From: Macrostomum hystrix | Taxonomy: Eukaryota > Animalia > Platyhelminthes | Direction: 5' to 3' | NCBI GenBank assembly: GCA_950097015.1 | Contig: CATNEN010000038.1 | Span: forward strand, 33,914,001-33,978,000 | DNA length: 64,000 nucleotides | Part shown: in pieces, positions 11,791 through 23,500 of the stretch | How the letters are laid out: every line of letters begins with the position of its first letter | Position numbering within the stretch: the first letter of the stretch is position 1 | Program-made: the position numbers and the translations under genes | The notes under the pieces: generated by a model | Seen by the model: only the letters and a program-made list of their open reading frames with translations | Databases searched by the model: none | Told to the model about the DNA's origin: nothing

Positions 11791-12213
11791 CTATTTAAAG
11801 CGACCTCGAGCTCTTTAATAATGTCTATGGCCAATTGTCTATGGACAAAATCATCTACGACGAGTCATGGTCGGTTCTTCATGCTTAAATGTCTATGGTC
11901 ACGACTATATTACTAAATTTGTCTCTTATTACTAAAATTGATAGTTACATATTAATTGGATTACAAAACAAGGCACGAATTCTCAGAAAAGTTTTCCGTT
12001 TCATTCATATAATTTATTGCAGTCGAAAGCATACAGAAATTTTTATCAACAATTTGGACAACAGTATCCTAATTCTTAAGTACTTTAGGAAGCATTGGAT
12101 AGTATTTCAGAAATATATCATTTCTTTAAGAAGCATAAGTTCCAAAAGTAGAAAGTCTACTAACAGTAGCAATTAGCATTAAACGAAAAATAAAAATATT
12201 TATAAATCAATTT

Positions 12214-12763
12214 TCAAAAGTGCCCATTTAGCCAGCTCTGGGTGTGAAATTGAATGGCGTAAGCTTTCGGAAAGCTGGCCACACAACTCAACTCCTGTTG
12301 CGCATTCATGTTACCCAGATCGCGACAATTTGCCGGATTCGAATTCACAGACCAGCTGAATGGGTTCAGGTAGCGTCCTGGTAGGATCAGAATGTCGGAA
12401 CCGATTTTAACAGCTCCGTCGGCTCTTTGTTGGATACCGGCTCTATCGGCTGACTCCTTCAGCTCAGCCAATAGTAGCAGAGGACCCGTGATGTACTCAG
12501 GACGAGTGTCTAACTGCTGCTGCTGTTGCCAGGCCATTTTGACGGCCCGCAATACCAGACGCAGCCAGAAAGGATGACCGGGTCTAGAGGCCATTAGCGA
12601 GTTCTGCACATAATGGCCCCGTATTGTCTCAAATAGCCTGGCTTTGTTATGCTCCATGCCGCAAATCACAACTGCTGCTGATTCAAATAGATTGGTGAAA
12701 TTTCTCAGACAGATTGTGTCCAAATCGGTGTAGATGCCGCCATATCTGTGCAGGTACAGATAT
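12214..12763 (-). CDS. GT32-family DxD glycosyltransferase, exon 3 (last)
   Basis: R|YLYLHRYGGIYTDLD (DxD), NSLMASRPGHPFW and ITGP motifs; acceptor ttcag| is phase 2 and matches exon 2. Confidence 0.92.
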
Positions 12764-12839
12764 CTGAACAGTTTTTAGGCGAGGATATGTTCGAATTAAG
12801 ATGTGCAGAAACTTTATTTGTTCAATTTACTGATCTTGT

Positions 12840-13545
12840 TTAACAGGTGAAACTCTGTTACACAGGTAAAATTCTGTCTAACAGGTGAAATTCTGCCGTC
12901 TAACAGGTGAATCACAGTCTAACAGATGTAACTCAGTCTAACAGGTGAAACACAGTCTGACAGATGTAACTCAGTCTAACAGGTAATACTCAGTCTAAAA
13001 GATCAAACACAGTCTAACAGGTGAAACACTGTCTAACAGGTCAAACACTGTCTAACAGGTGAAACACTGTCTAACAGGTCAAACACTGTCTGACAGGTGA
13101 AACACTGTCTAACAGGTGAAACACTGTCTAACAGGTGAAACACTGTCTAACAGGTGAAACACTGTCTAACAGGTGAAACACTGTCTAACAGGTGAAACAC
13201 TGTCTAACAGGTCAAACACTGTCTAACAGGTGAAACACTGTCTAACAGGTGAAACACTGTCTAACAGATGTAACTCAGTCTAACAGGTGAAACACTGTCT
13301 AACAGGTGAAACACTGTCTAACAGGTCAAACACTGTCTAACAGGTGAAACACTGTCTAACAGGTGAAACACTGTCTGACAGGTGAAACACTGTCTAACAG
13401 GTGAAACACTGTCTAACAGGTGAAACACTGTCTAACAGGTGAAACACTGTCTAACAGGTGAAACACTGTCTAACAGGTGAAACACTGTCTAACAGGTGAA
13501 ACACTGTCTAACAGGTGAAACACTGTCTAACTCTAACAGGTGAAA
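12840..13545. repeat. 19-bp minisatellite (TCTAACAGGTGAAACACTG) in GT32 intron 2
   Basis: Tandem units read directly. Confidence 0.96.
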
Positions 13546-13610
13546 TCGTGTGATAATCAAAGCCACAGTTTTTGTTGCGATATAGTTGGAGAGAATTTCC
13601 AGATAATTAC

Positions 13611-14001
13611 CTGACAATATCGGCCCTTTGCACCGGCTGTTTCATTAACAAATAAGTTTCCAATAGCCAGGGATAATGGCGTTGCACCAATCTGAGATTG
13701 TCAGCATCGGTCCACAGCTTCCATTTCCAATCCGGGTAGCAGGCTCGCCAGCTAGCTACCCAGCGAGCCGCCCTAGCTGATGGCAGCTGGGGCGACTTCC
13801 AGCTCTGATGAATGCGCCTGCTGATGCCAACAGTGTCATCTCTCACCTGCGGCTCATAATGCAGTAGCAGTTCCATTGGATCTTGATGCCGACTGTCCAT
13901 GGTTTTGAGAAGTAGAACTGTGAGCAATAGTAAACCTAGCAGGCTAAACAACACTATTGTAGAGCGCCATGAGACCAGATTTCGAATCATGTTTCCGGCT
14001 G
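13611..14001 (-). CDS. GT32-family glycosyltransferase, exon 2 (type II TM anchor and start of catalytic domain)
   Basis: TM helix, then RRIHQSWK...W...YPDWKWKLWTDAD...YPWL..Y...VQRADIVR; donor GTAATT at 13610; TAG/CAG tandem acceptor near 14002. Confidence 0.92.
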
Positions 14002-14111
14002 CTAAAAATCGGACTGAAATCGAGATTAGAAAAATTAGGGTTACAAAAGAGAAAAGCCGTTTCACTTCAACAGAGAATTAGCGACTAGGATTAACATTGA
14101 ATGAAAGCGTT

Positions 14112-14780
14112 CACCTGTTAGACAAGAGTGTCTATCTGTCAGACAAGTGAGTGTCTTGCTGTTAGACAAGAGTGTCTACCTGTTAGACAAGAGTGTCTAC
14201 CTGTTAGACAAGAGTGTCTATCTGTCAGACAAGTGAGTGTCTTGCTGTTAGACAAGAGTGTCTACCTGTTAGACAAGAGAGTGTCTACCTGTTAGACAGG
14301 AGTGTCTTGCTGTTTGACAAGTGAGTGTCTACCTGTTAGGTAAGAGTGTCTACCTGTTAGACAAGAGTGTCTACCTGTTAGACAAGAGTGTCTATCTGTC
14401 ATACAAGTGAGTGTCTTGCTGTTAGACAAGAGTGTCTACCTGTTAGACAAGAGAGTGTCTACCTGTTAGACAAGAGAGTGTCTACCTGTTAGACAAGAGA
14501 GTGTCTACCTGTTAGACAGGAGTGTCTTGCTGTTTGACAAGAGAGTGTCTACCTGTTAGACAAGAGAGTGTCTACCTGTTAGACAAGAGAGTGTCTACCT
14601 GTTAGACAAGAGAGTGTCTACCTGTTAGACAAGAGAGTGTCTACCTGTTAGACAAGAGAGTGTCTACCTGTTAGACAAGAGAGTGTCTACCTGTTAGACA
14701 AGAGAGTGTCTACCTGTTAGACAAGAGAGTGTCTACCTGTTAGACAAGAGAGTGTCTACCTGTTAGACAAGAGAGTGTCT
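14112..14780. repeat. 21-23-bp minisatellite (ACCTGTTAGACAAGAGAGTGTCT) in GT32 intron 1
   Basis: Tandem units read directly. Confidence 0.96.
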
Positions 14781-14846
14781 GACTGAAAAATGAATCATAT
14801 ATTCGTGCGGATGATCATACTGATGTAGACTAAGATGATCACTTAC

Positions 14847-14859
14847 CTCGTCCAGCCAT
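14847..14859 (-). CDS. GT32-family glycosyltransferase, putative first coding exon (MAGR+G); model about 317 aa
   Basis: ATGGCTGGACGAG|GTAAGT joins exon 2 in frame (phase 1). An alternative start ATG lies at 13990. Confidence 0.65.
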
Positions 14860-15402
14860 GCTACGTGAATTTCATATTTAGCTTTTGATTGCAGCAGAGA
14901 TGGCCCGATAGTCGAAACACTCGCGATCGTTCCGATTAACTTGAAATTGCACGGCTGAATTGTGGTTGAATGTACATGTATTCAATAAGCAGTTTCATAT
15001 GTGCATGCATTGAATATAATGGTGCAGTGCAGGGAAGAGGGTTGATTTCAATTCAGCGAATGAAATACTTTTCCCAGATAGGGAAATTAGCGACAGGCAG
15101 CTGGTTTAGCACTACATTTAAAAGAAAAATGTTGCAGCTCGCTAAACATGACCCAACTTCAGCTACAGACGAATAAAAAGTAAATCGTATATGGGTGAAA
15201 ACTAGAGATTAAACTATCTTTGCACTCAGTCAACATAACTTTAACGCCCGCAAAGCTTGGGTATCAATATTATTGTACCATAGACGTTTTTGCCCAAGCT
15301 ATGCACTCTAAGTCGGAGACGGAGGTGTGGCGCAGAGCCCCCACTTCGGGGTGCCATAGAAATTTTAGCCTCAGTAAGCCATTCCTATTGGTCGATTCCT
15401 GT

Positions 15403-17417
15403 TCTCTAATCCAATCCTGATCTCTAATCCAATCCTGATCTCGAATCCAATCCTGATCTCGAATCCAATCCTGATCTCAAATCCAATCCTGATCTCAAAT
15501 CCAATCCTGATCTCTAATCCAATCCTGATCTCTAATCCAATCCTGATCTCGAATCCAATCCTGATCTCGAATCCAATCCTGATCTCAAATCCAATCCTGA
15601 TCTCAAATCCAATCCTGATCTCTAATCCAATCCTGATCTCTAATCCAATCCTGATCTCGAATCCAATCCTGATCTCCAATCCAATCCTGATCTCAAATCC
15701 AATCCGGATCTCAAATCCAATTCTGATCTCTAATCCAATCCTGATCTCAAATCCAATCCTGATCTCAAATCCAATCCTGATCTCAAATCCAATCCTGATC
15801 TCTAATCCAATCCTGATCTCTAATCCAATCCTGATCTCTAATCCAATCCTGATCTCGAATCCAATCCTGATCTCAAATCCAATCCTGATCTCAAATCCAA
15901 TCCTGATCTCTAATCCAATCCTGATCTCTAATCTAATCCTGATCTCTAATCCAATCCTGATCTCTAATCCAATCCTGATCTCTAATCCAATCCTGATCTC
16001 GAATCCAATCCTGATCTCGAATCCAATCCTGATCTCAAATCCAATCCTGATCTCAAATCCAATCCTGATCTCTAATCCAATCCTGATCTCAAATCCAATC
16101 CTGATCTCGAATCCAATCCTGATCTCCAATCCAATCCTGATCTCAAATCCAATCCGGATCTCAAATCCAATTCTGATCTCTAATCCAATCCTGATCTCAA
16201 ATCCAATCCTGATCTCAAATCCAATCCTGATCTCAAATCCAATCCTGATCTCTAATCCAATCCTGATCTCTAATCCAATCCTGATCTCTAATCCAATCCT
16301 GATCTCGAATCCAATCCTGATCTCAAATCCAATCCTGATCTCAAATCCAATCCTGATCTCTAATCCAATCCTGATCTCTAATCTAATCCTGATCTCTAAT
16401 CCAATCCTGATCTCCAATCCAATCCTGATCTCAAATCCAATCCTGATCTCTAATCCAATCCTGATCTCTAATCCAATCCTGATCTCGAATCCAATCCTGA
16501 TCTCGAATCCAATCCTGATCTCAAATCCAATCCTGATCTCAAATCCAATCCTGATCTCTAATCCAATCCTGATCTCTAATCCAATCCTGATCTCGAATCC
16601 AATCCTGATCTCTAATCCAATCCTGATCTCGAATCCAATCCTGATCTCAAATCCAATCCTGATCTCTAATCCAATCCTGATCTCTAATCCAATCCTGATC
16701 TCTAATCCAATCCTGATCTCCAATCCAATCCTGATCTCTAATCCAATCCTGATCTCGAATCCAATCCTGATCTCGAATCCAATCCTGATCTCAAATCCAA
16801 TCCTGATCTCAAATCCAATTCTGATCTCTAATCCAATCCTGATCTCGAATCCAATCCTGATCTCGAATCCAATCCTGATCTCCAATCCAATCCTGATCTC
16901 AAATCCAATCCTGATCTCAAATCCAATCCTGATCTCTAATCCAATCCTGATCTCTAATCCAATCCTGATCTCGAATCCAATCCTGATCTCAAATCCAATC
17001 CTGATCTCAAATCCAATCCTGATCTCTAATCCAATCCTGATCTCTAATCCAATCCTGATCTCTAATCCAATCCTGATCTCTAATCCAATCCTGATCTCGA
17101 ATCCAATCCTGATCTCGAATCCAATCCTGATCTCAAATCCAATCCTGATCTCTAATCCAATCCTGATCTCTAATCCAATCCTGATCTCTAATCCAATCCT
17201 GATCTCAAATCCAATCCTGATCTCAAATCCAATCCTGATCTCAAATCCAATCCTGATCTCAAATCCAATCCTGATCTCTAATCCAATCCTGATCTCTAAT
17301 CCAATCCTGATCTCTAATCCAATCCTGATCTCTAATCCAATCCTGATCTCTAATCCAATCCTGATCTCTAATCCAATCCTGATCTCTAATCCAATCCTGA
17401 TCTCAAATCCAATCCTT
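15403..17417. repeat. 18-bp minisatellite (CTAATCCAATCCTGATCT and CA/CG/CC variants), about 110 copies
   Basis: Tandem units read directly; explains the EIRIGL/EIRIGF ORF. Confidence 0.98.
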
Positions 17418-18176
17418 AAAGCTCTTCAAGTTTTGGTTGCCTTTCTTTGGAGTTCTGTTTAGTTTCTCCAAGTGTTGTCTAGTGGTTTTGTGGCAGTCTC
17501 GATGACAGAAGGCTATAACTACTCACGACTATCGATCCTCAGTACCACGGCTGGTGGAGGCGGTCGCTTTTGGGTCCTTACTTCGGTGATTGGAGATCTG
17601 ACCAAGAAAAACACAAAACAGTTAATTTTCTTTTTGGCTAACCTAGTGGAGCTCAAAGACTAGCTCTCTGAGAGTCAGTCTCGCAATTAACGATTTTTAA
17701 CTGGCTTCCGCGCCCCGCTCTGTCTGATATTTTTATTCCATACCTCTCATTTCCAGGGTGGTTCAAATTCAAAGCTCTTGGCAACAGCCCCGAGCCAGGC
17801 GAGCCTAGCACAGCGCCGCTCGGTCCAGGCCAGGCTTGCGCTGTGATTGATAACGATTTTTAACTGGCTTCCGGCCCCACAGACCAAGTAATATAACTAG
17901 ACTGCGCATCCGGTTGTACTGATCAAACTGATTCAAACTTCACAAGTTTCTGTGCTGTGCATGGCTTTCTGTGCATGGCCTTCTGTGCATGGCTTTTCGA
18001 CGTTGTGAAAATTATGTCTTGTGAAATTTAGGGCTTATGAAGTTTAGGGCTTGTGATGAAATTCTGTGCATGCCTTTTAGGCGTTGTGAAATTTAGGGCT
18101 TGTGAAATTTCGGTGTTGTGAAATCTGTTGCATTGCTTATTTTCTTGCTTATTTGCTCGCGCCTCGCTTCTCCTGC

Positions 18177-19206
18177 GCACTGCTCCTGTCACTGCTCCTG
18201 TCACTGCTCCTGTCACTGCTCCTGTCACTGCTCCTGTCACTGCTCCTGTCACTGCTCCTGTCACTGCTCCTGTCACTGCTCCTGTCACTGCTCCTGTCAC
18301 TGCTCCTGTCACTGCTCCTGTCACTGCTCCTGTCACTGCTCCTGTCACTGCTCCTGTCACTGCTCCTGTCACTGCTCCTGTCACTGCTCCTGTCACTGCT
18401 CCTGTCACTGCTCCTGTCACTGCTCCTGTCACTGCTCCTGTCACTGCTCCTGTCACTGCTCCTGTCACTGCTCCTGTCACTGCTCCTGTCACTGCTCCTG
18501 TCACTGCTCCTGTCACTGCTCCTGTCACTGCTCCTGTCACTGCTCCTGTCACTGCTCCTGTCACTGCTCCTGTCACTGCTCCTGTCACTGCTCCTGTCAC
18601 TGCTCCTGTCACTGCTCCTGTCACTGCTCCTGTCACTGCTCCTGTCACTGCTCCTGTCACTGCTCCTGTCACTGCTCCTGTCACTGCTCCTGTCACTGCT
18701 CCTGTCACTGCTCCTGTCACTGCTCCTGTCACTGCTCCTGTCACTGCTCCTGTCACTGCTCCTGTCACTGCTCCTGTCACTGCTCCTGTCACTGCTCCTG
18801 TCACTGCTCCTGTCACTGCTCCTGTCACTGCTCCTGTCACTGCTCCTGTCACTGCTCCTGTCACTGCTCCTGTCACTGCTCCTGTCACTGCTCCTGTCAC
18901 TGCTCCTGTCACTGCTCCTGTCACTGCTCCTGTCACTGCTCCTGTCACTGCTCCTGTCACTGCTCCTGTCACTGCTCCTGTCACTGCTCCTGTCACTGCT
19001 CCTGTCACTGCTCCTGTCACTGCTCCTGTCACTGCTCCTGTCACTGCTCCTGTCACTGCTCCTGTCACTGCTCCTGTCACTGCTCCTGTCACTGCTCCTG
19101 TCACTGCTCCTGTCACTGCTCCTGTCACTGCTCCTGTCACTGCTCCTGTCACTGCTCCTGTCACTGCTCCTGTCACTGCTCCTGTCACTGCTCCTGTCAC
19201 TGCTCC
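18177..19206. repeat. Perfect 12-bp tandem repeat (CACTGCTCCTGT), about 85 copies, inside the P element
   Basis: No variant units seen. Confidence 0.99.
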
Positions 19207-19667
19207 TTCCTCCTGTCCCGGCCACTGATAATTACACTGTTATTCGTCCTATCAATTTCGTCTTCACTACTAGTTATTGTTACCATTGAGCTCCTGCGCC
19301 TGACCAATCATTGCTTGTCGTAAGTCCCAGTGCGAATAAACGAGATCAATCTAAAGTGCTACCGCTACACTGATTACGAGAATTCTAACTAAAATTGGGA
19401 TTGAGTTCGACCGACTCTGTCTGTCAGTTATTTCGTCACACAATGCCATTTTAATAACGTCACAGTCTTGTGAAAATTATGGCTTGTGAAATTTAGGGCT
19501 TGTGAATTCGGAAGCAACTTTTGTTTTCGACGTTGTGAAATTTAGAGCTTGTGAAATTTAGGGCTTATGAAATTCTGTGCACGGTTTTTCGACGTTGTGA
19601 AAATTAGGGTTTATGAAATTTAGGGCTTATGAAAGTTTGTCTTGCGACGTTGTGAAAATTAGGGTTT

Positions 19668-20717
19668 GTGAAACGACCCCTCAGTAAGGAGCTGTTTAGC
19701 AAGAAAGTGAAGGCTTTGAAAAATCTTCGGCGCCGGTACAGGAGGCTTACACAGGCAAGTGACGATTTTAAAGTCATGACCCGATCTTTGCAACTTGCGC
19801 GCAAGCAACTGGAGAGAAAATATGGAAGCATTCGCCGTCTGCGGTCCAAGAATTCGCGTTTAAAAAGTAAGGCGAAATCACTGCTTCAGCTGAGGCTTCG
19901 CGACTGAACTTTCTGGCATCCAACTCTCTTCTTAACAGTTTGGTGTCCCAGAAGAATCTGCGCTCAAAGAAATTCTGTCCTGAAGTAAAGAAGTTTGCCT
20001 CGACATTGCACTTTTACAGTGCAAAGGCGTACCAGTATGTCCGTAAATACTTTCAACTTCCTCATCCTGCTACACTTCGCCGATGGACATCAAATGTCAA
20101 ATGTCTCCCCGGATTTTGCGAATCATCCTTCCAAGAGCTTTCAAGACGAAGCAACTCGCCTGGTGCAGAAGCATTTGCCTACTGTAATGTGGTGGCAGAT
20201 GAAATGTCGCTTGAGAAGCTGATCGAATGGGATTCCTGTGAAGGCAAGTTCTGTGGTTCGCAGTGTGCTGAAGATCCTGGACTGTGCACCGTGTCGTTGC
20301 GCCCTGCTTGGCAGCTCAAGCTTATCTGATTGCGGTGATTCGCACCTTCCGTCCTCCATCGCCCTGCAAAAGAATTCAACGAATAGCGAAGGCCGCGGAT
20401 GACTTGTGTTTCCCAGCGCTGATGCATTCCGAATGTTAACCGGCGATCCTCTTATGACTGCAGCTTTCGGAGCGCACTCGCCATCCAGGAGATTCTGGCT
20501 GTCAGCCAATCTATTCGGTGATCTGGATTCTCATTCAGCTGTCTCCAGCATCGGCATTGAATCCCACAAGCTGCACCTAATTCGAGTTCTCAGCCAGTTT
20601 TTCATCAACGTGCGCATGAAAAAGGTAGCCAAGGATCTCTCCACTGTCAAGTCTTTAAGGAGGCAGAAACTGCTGAGAACAGCTTTTTTCTTAACTTGTG
20701 AACATATTGCGTGCTAA
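19668..20717 (+). pseudogene. Disrupted P-element/THAP9-like transposase
   Basis: Basic coiled coil, then FASTLHFYSAKAYQYVRKYFQLPHPATLRRW..V.CLPGF and DEMSL (first catalytic Asp), then a jump to a C-terminal (G)G*LVFPS-like segment. Contains stops and frameshifts; no THAP domain or rest of the RNase H core seen. Confidence 0.88.
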
Positions 20718-21756
20718 AATTTCCTTCTGTTGGACTTTTCTAATCTTCTTTTGGTAAGCCATTGCCAACTGAACTTTTGCATGCTTAATGCTGACTTAAT
20801 TACAAGCTATTTTGTTTTTCTTGTCGCTGTTTTCGTCAATAATTTCTCTTTCGTTGTCAATTTTTTCATTATTGAAACTAACATTTTATCCACTTGAAAA
20901 GTAAAAAATAATATATGCTAATTTTTTTGAGAACATGCATTATATGAATCCTAGATAGAGGTTTTGCGGGGGACCCATTTTTTCTACACTAAAACTGACA
21001 CGCCCCTCTCTCCCCTGTGCGCAGTCTAGTTATATTACTTGGTCTGTGGTGGGCCCTAGGCTTGTCTTCATCTAACCTCTGTTTTCCGGTTTTTGCCCTC
21101 ATTGCTGTTACCTAGTTACACAAAGTTGGCCTTGGGGCTCAATCTAGGCTGCTACTTTCAGATTTCTAACTCTTATAATCCTGATTTCAAGTCCCATCTT
21201 TTAAGTCACGTCTTGAAGTAAATGAAAACAAAAAACCACCATTTTTACAATTTTTCTTTACATTACATTTTTACTTCATTTTTTACTTTAAAAATTGTAA
21301 AAATAAATTAAAGAAATGGACTTAAAACTAGTTTTTTTATTTGAACTTTTAAATATTCTAATTTTAGCTCAGTAACATTGAAGACATTGTTTTATATGTT
21401 CAATTATTTTCTATATTTAAAATAATCCTTATTTTCAACAGCTGTCAGTATAGAACAGCAACCTGAGCGCCGTTGCTACTTTCACTACTTGCAGTAAAAT
21501 ATTAAGCATATTTCCAGTTTTTTGCAGTAATTCCTTACTAGTTTGACTAAAAAAGATTGAAATACGCTCGTACATTACCAACGACTTTATTTTATATCAT
21601 TTTTACCTAATGTTTTCTATTTTTCACGAAAGTCTTCTTTGTTCATTGTTGATTACTGTACGTAATAAATCACCATTAAATTACAAAACTATTTCACAAT
21701 CATCCGCCTTCAAAACCCTCTCAATCTTTCCCGCCAAGCCAAAAATAAGATTAGCT

Positions 21757-22295
21757 GAGAAGTAGATTGGCTAAGAAGTAGATTGGCTAAGAAGTAGAGT
21801 GGGTGAGAAGTAGACTGTGTGAGAAGTGGACTGGGTGAGATGTAGAATGGGTGAGAAGTAGACTGGGTGAGAAGTAGAGTGGGTGAGAAGTAGAGTGGGT
21901 GAGAAGTAGACTGGGTGAGAAGTAGAGTGGGTGAGAAGTAGACTGGGTGAGAAGTAGACTGGGTGAGAAGTAGACTGGTTGAGAAGTAGACTGGGTGAGA
22001 AGTAGACTGGGTGAGAAGTAGAGTGGGTGAGAAGTAGACTGGGTGAGAAGTAGAGTGGGTGAGAAGTAGACTGGGTGAGAAGTAGAGTGGGTGAGAAGTA
22101 GACTGGGTGAGAAGTAGACTGTGTGAGAAGTGGACTGGGTGAGATGTAGAATGGGTGAGAAGTAGACTGGATGAGAAGTAGAGTGGGTGAGAAGTAGACT
22201 GGGTGAGAAGTAGACTGGGTGAGAAGTAGACTGGGTGAGAAGTAGACTGTGTGAGAAGTAGACTGGGTGAGAAGTAGAGTGGGTGAGGAGTAGAT
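21757..22295. repeat. 16-bp minisatellite (TGGGTGAGAAGTAGAC/G)
   Basis: Tandem units read directly. Confidence 0.96.
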
Positions 22296-22754
22296 TGTGA
22301 CGGATTAGCAAAGAGTGAAGGATTTCTCCCGGTGCCCCATATGTTTTATCAGACCGGCATGTATGCTTCGAAATCACGCGCCAGCAAAGACAGAAAAACA
22401 TAAATTCCTGCGCTTGGCTGTAGAAGAAGATTGTGTGACAGAAAATATCACCACGCTTAGGAGCTTGTCCAGAAAAAGCCGTGCAACAAACCCTGCTGGA
22501 AGCCAGAAATTTGACCCGGTGCAAAGAAGGCACAATCGGTAAGCCCGGTCTCGTGTTACTGCAGGCTATTTCGCCCAACTGGCAACAAACGCTAATTTGC
22601 ATTGGTTCGCATAAATTTTATATTTCTTTCTTTAGAAAGGCGTAAAATAGCTGAATTTGGTTGCCAACAGTTAATTAGAATATGCTAATGAGAGCCGCGA
22701 CTATCAAAGTTGCAAATTTAATCAACACTCGCCATGTGGCCTTTTCGATTCTAA

Positions 22755-23500
22755 CTCTCTCCCTTCTCCCTTCTCCCTTCTCTCTTCTCTCCCTTATCTC
22801 TTCTCTCTTCCCCATTCTCTACCTTCTCCCTTCTCCCTTCTCCCTTCTTACTTCTCTCTTCTCTCCATTCTCTCTTCTCTATTCTCTTCCTTCTCTATTC
22901 TCTCAACTCTCACTTCTCCCTTCACCCTTCTCCCTTCTCTCCCTTCTTCCTTCTCTCCCTTCTTCCTTCTCATTTCTCTCCCTTCTCCCTTCTCTCCCTT
23001 CTTCCTTCTCATTTCTCTCCCTTCTCCCTTCTCTCCCTTCTTCCTTCTCTCTTGTCTCCCTTCTCTCTACTCTCCATTCTCCCTTCTCTCCCTTCTCTCC
23101 TATCTCCCTTCTCCCTTCTCCCTTCTCTCCCTTCTCTCCCTTCTCTCCTATCTCCCTTCTCCCTTCTCCCTTCTCTCCCTTCTTCCTTCTCATTTCTCTC
23201 CCTTCTCCCTTCTCTCCCTTCTCCCTTCTCATTTCTCTCCCTTCTCCCTTCTCTCCCTTCTCCCTTCTCCCTTCTCTCCCTTCTCCCTTCTCTCCCTTCT
23301 CCCTTCTCCCTTCTCTCCCTTCTCCCTTCTCTCCCTTCTCCCTTCTCCCTTCTCTCCCTTCTCCCTTCTCCCTTCTCTCCCTTCTCCCTTCTCCCTTCTC
23401 TCCATTCTGTCTCTCTCCTTTTTCTCTTCTCTCGCTTCTCGCTTTCAAACTCCCACTCTTCCTCTTTCTCCTTATTCTCCCTCTCTGGCTCATTTTCTCC
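22755..23500. repeat. Polypyrimidine low-complexity tract (CTCCCTT/CTCTCCCTT units)
   Basis: About 750 bp of almost pure C/T on the + strand. Confidence 0.95.

Larger units (their letters stand above)
17878..21048 (+). mobile_element. P-element (THAP9) superfamily DNA transposon, internally deleted and non-autonomous
   Basis: Perfect 31-bp TIRs CACAGACCAAGTAATATAACTAGACTGCGCA at 17878-17908 and its reverse complement at 21018-21048; transposase remnants inside. Confidence 0.9.

Noticed and set aside
14890-14935. Hammerhead-ribozyme-like string (CAGAGATGGCCCGATAGTCGAAAC), reminiscent of Penelope-element ends
   Set aside because: The CUGANGA core is not intact and I cannot build stems I and III; at most a decayed remnant.
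15371-16885. 504-aa EIRIGL/EIRIGF ORF
   Set aside because: Satellite translation.
18028-19323. (HCSC)n, (TAPV)n and similar ORFs suggesting metallothionein or mucin
   Set aside because: Five frames are open only because of a perfect 12-bp repeat inside a transposon.
22315-22602. Short unique-sequence ORFs between two satellites
   Set aside because: No recognisable motif and no phase-consistent exon partners.
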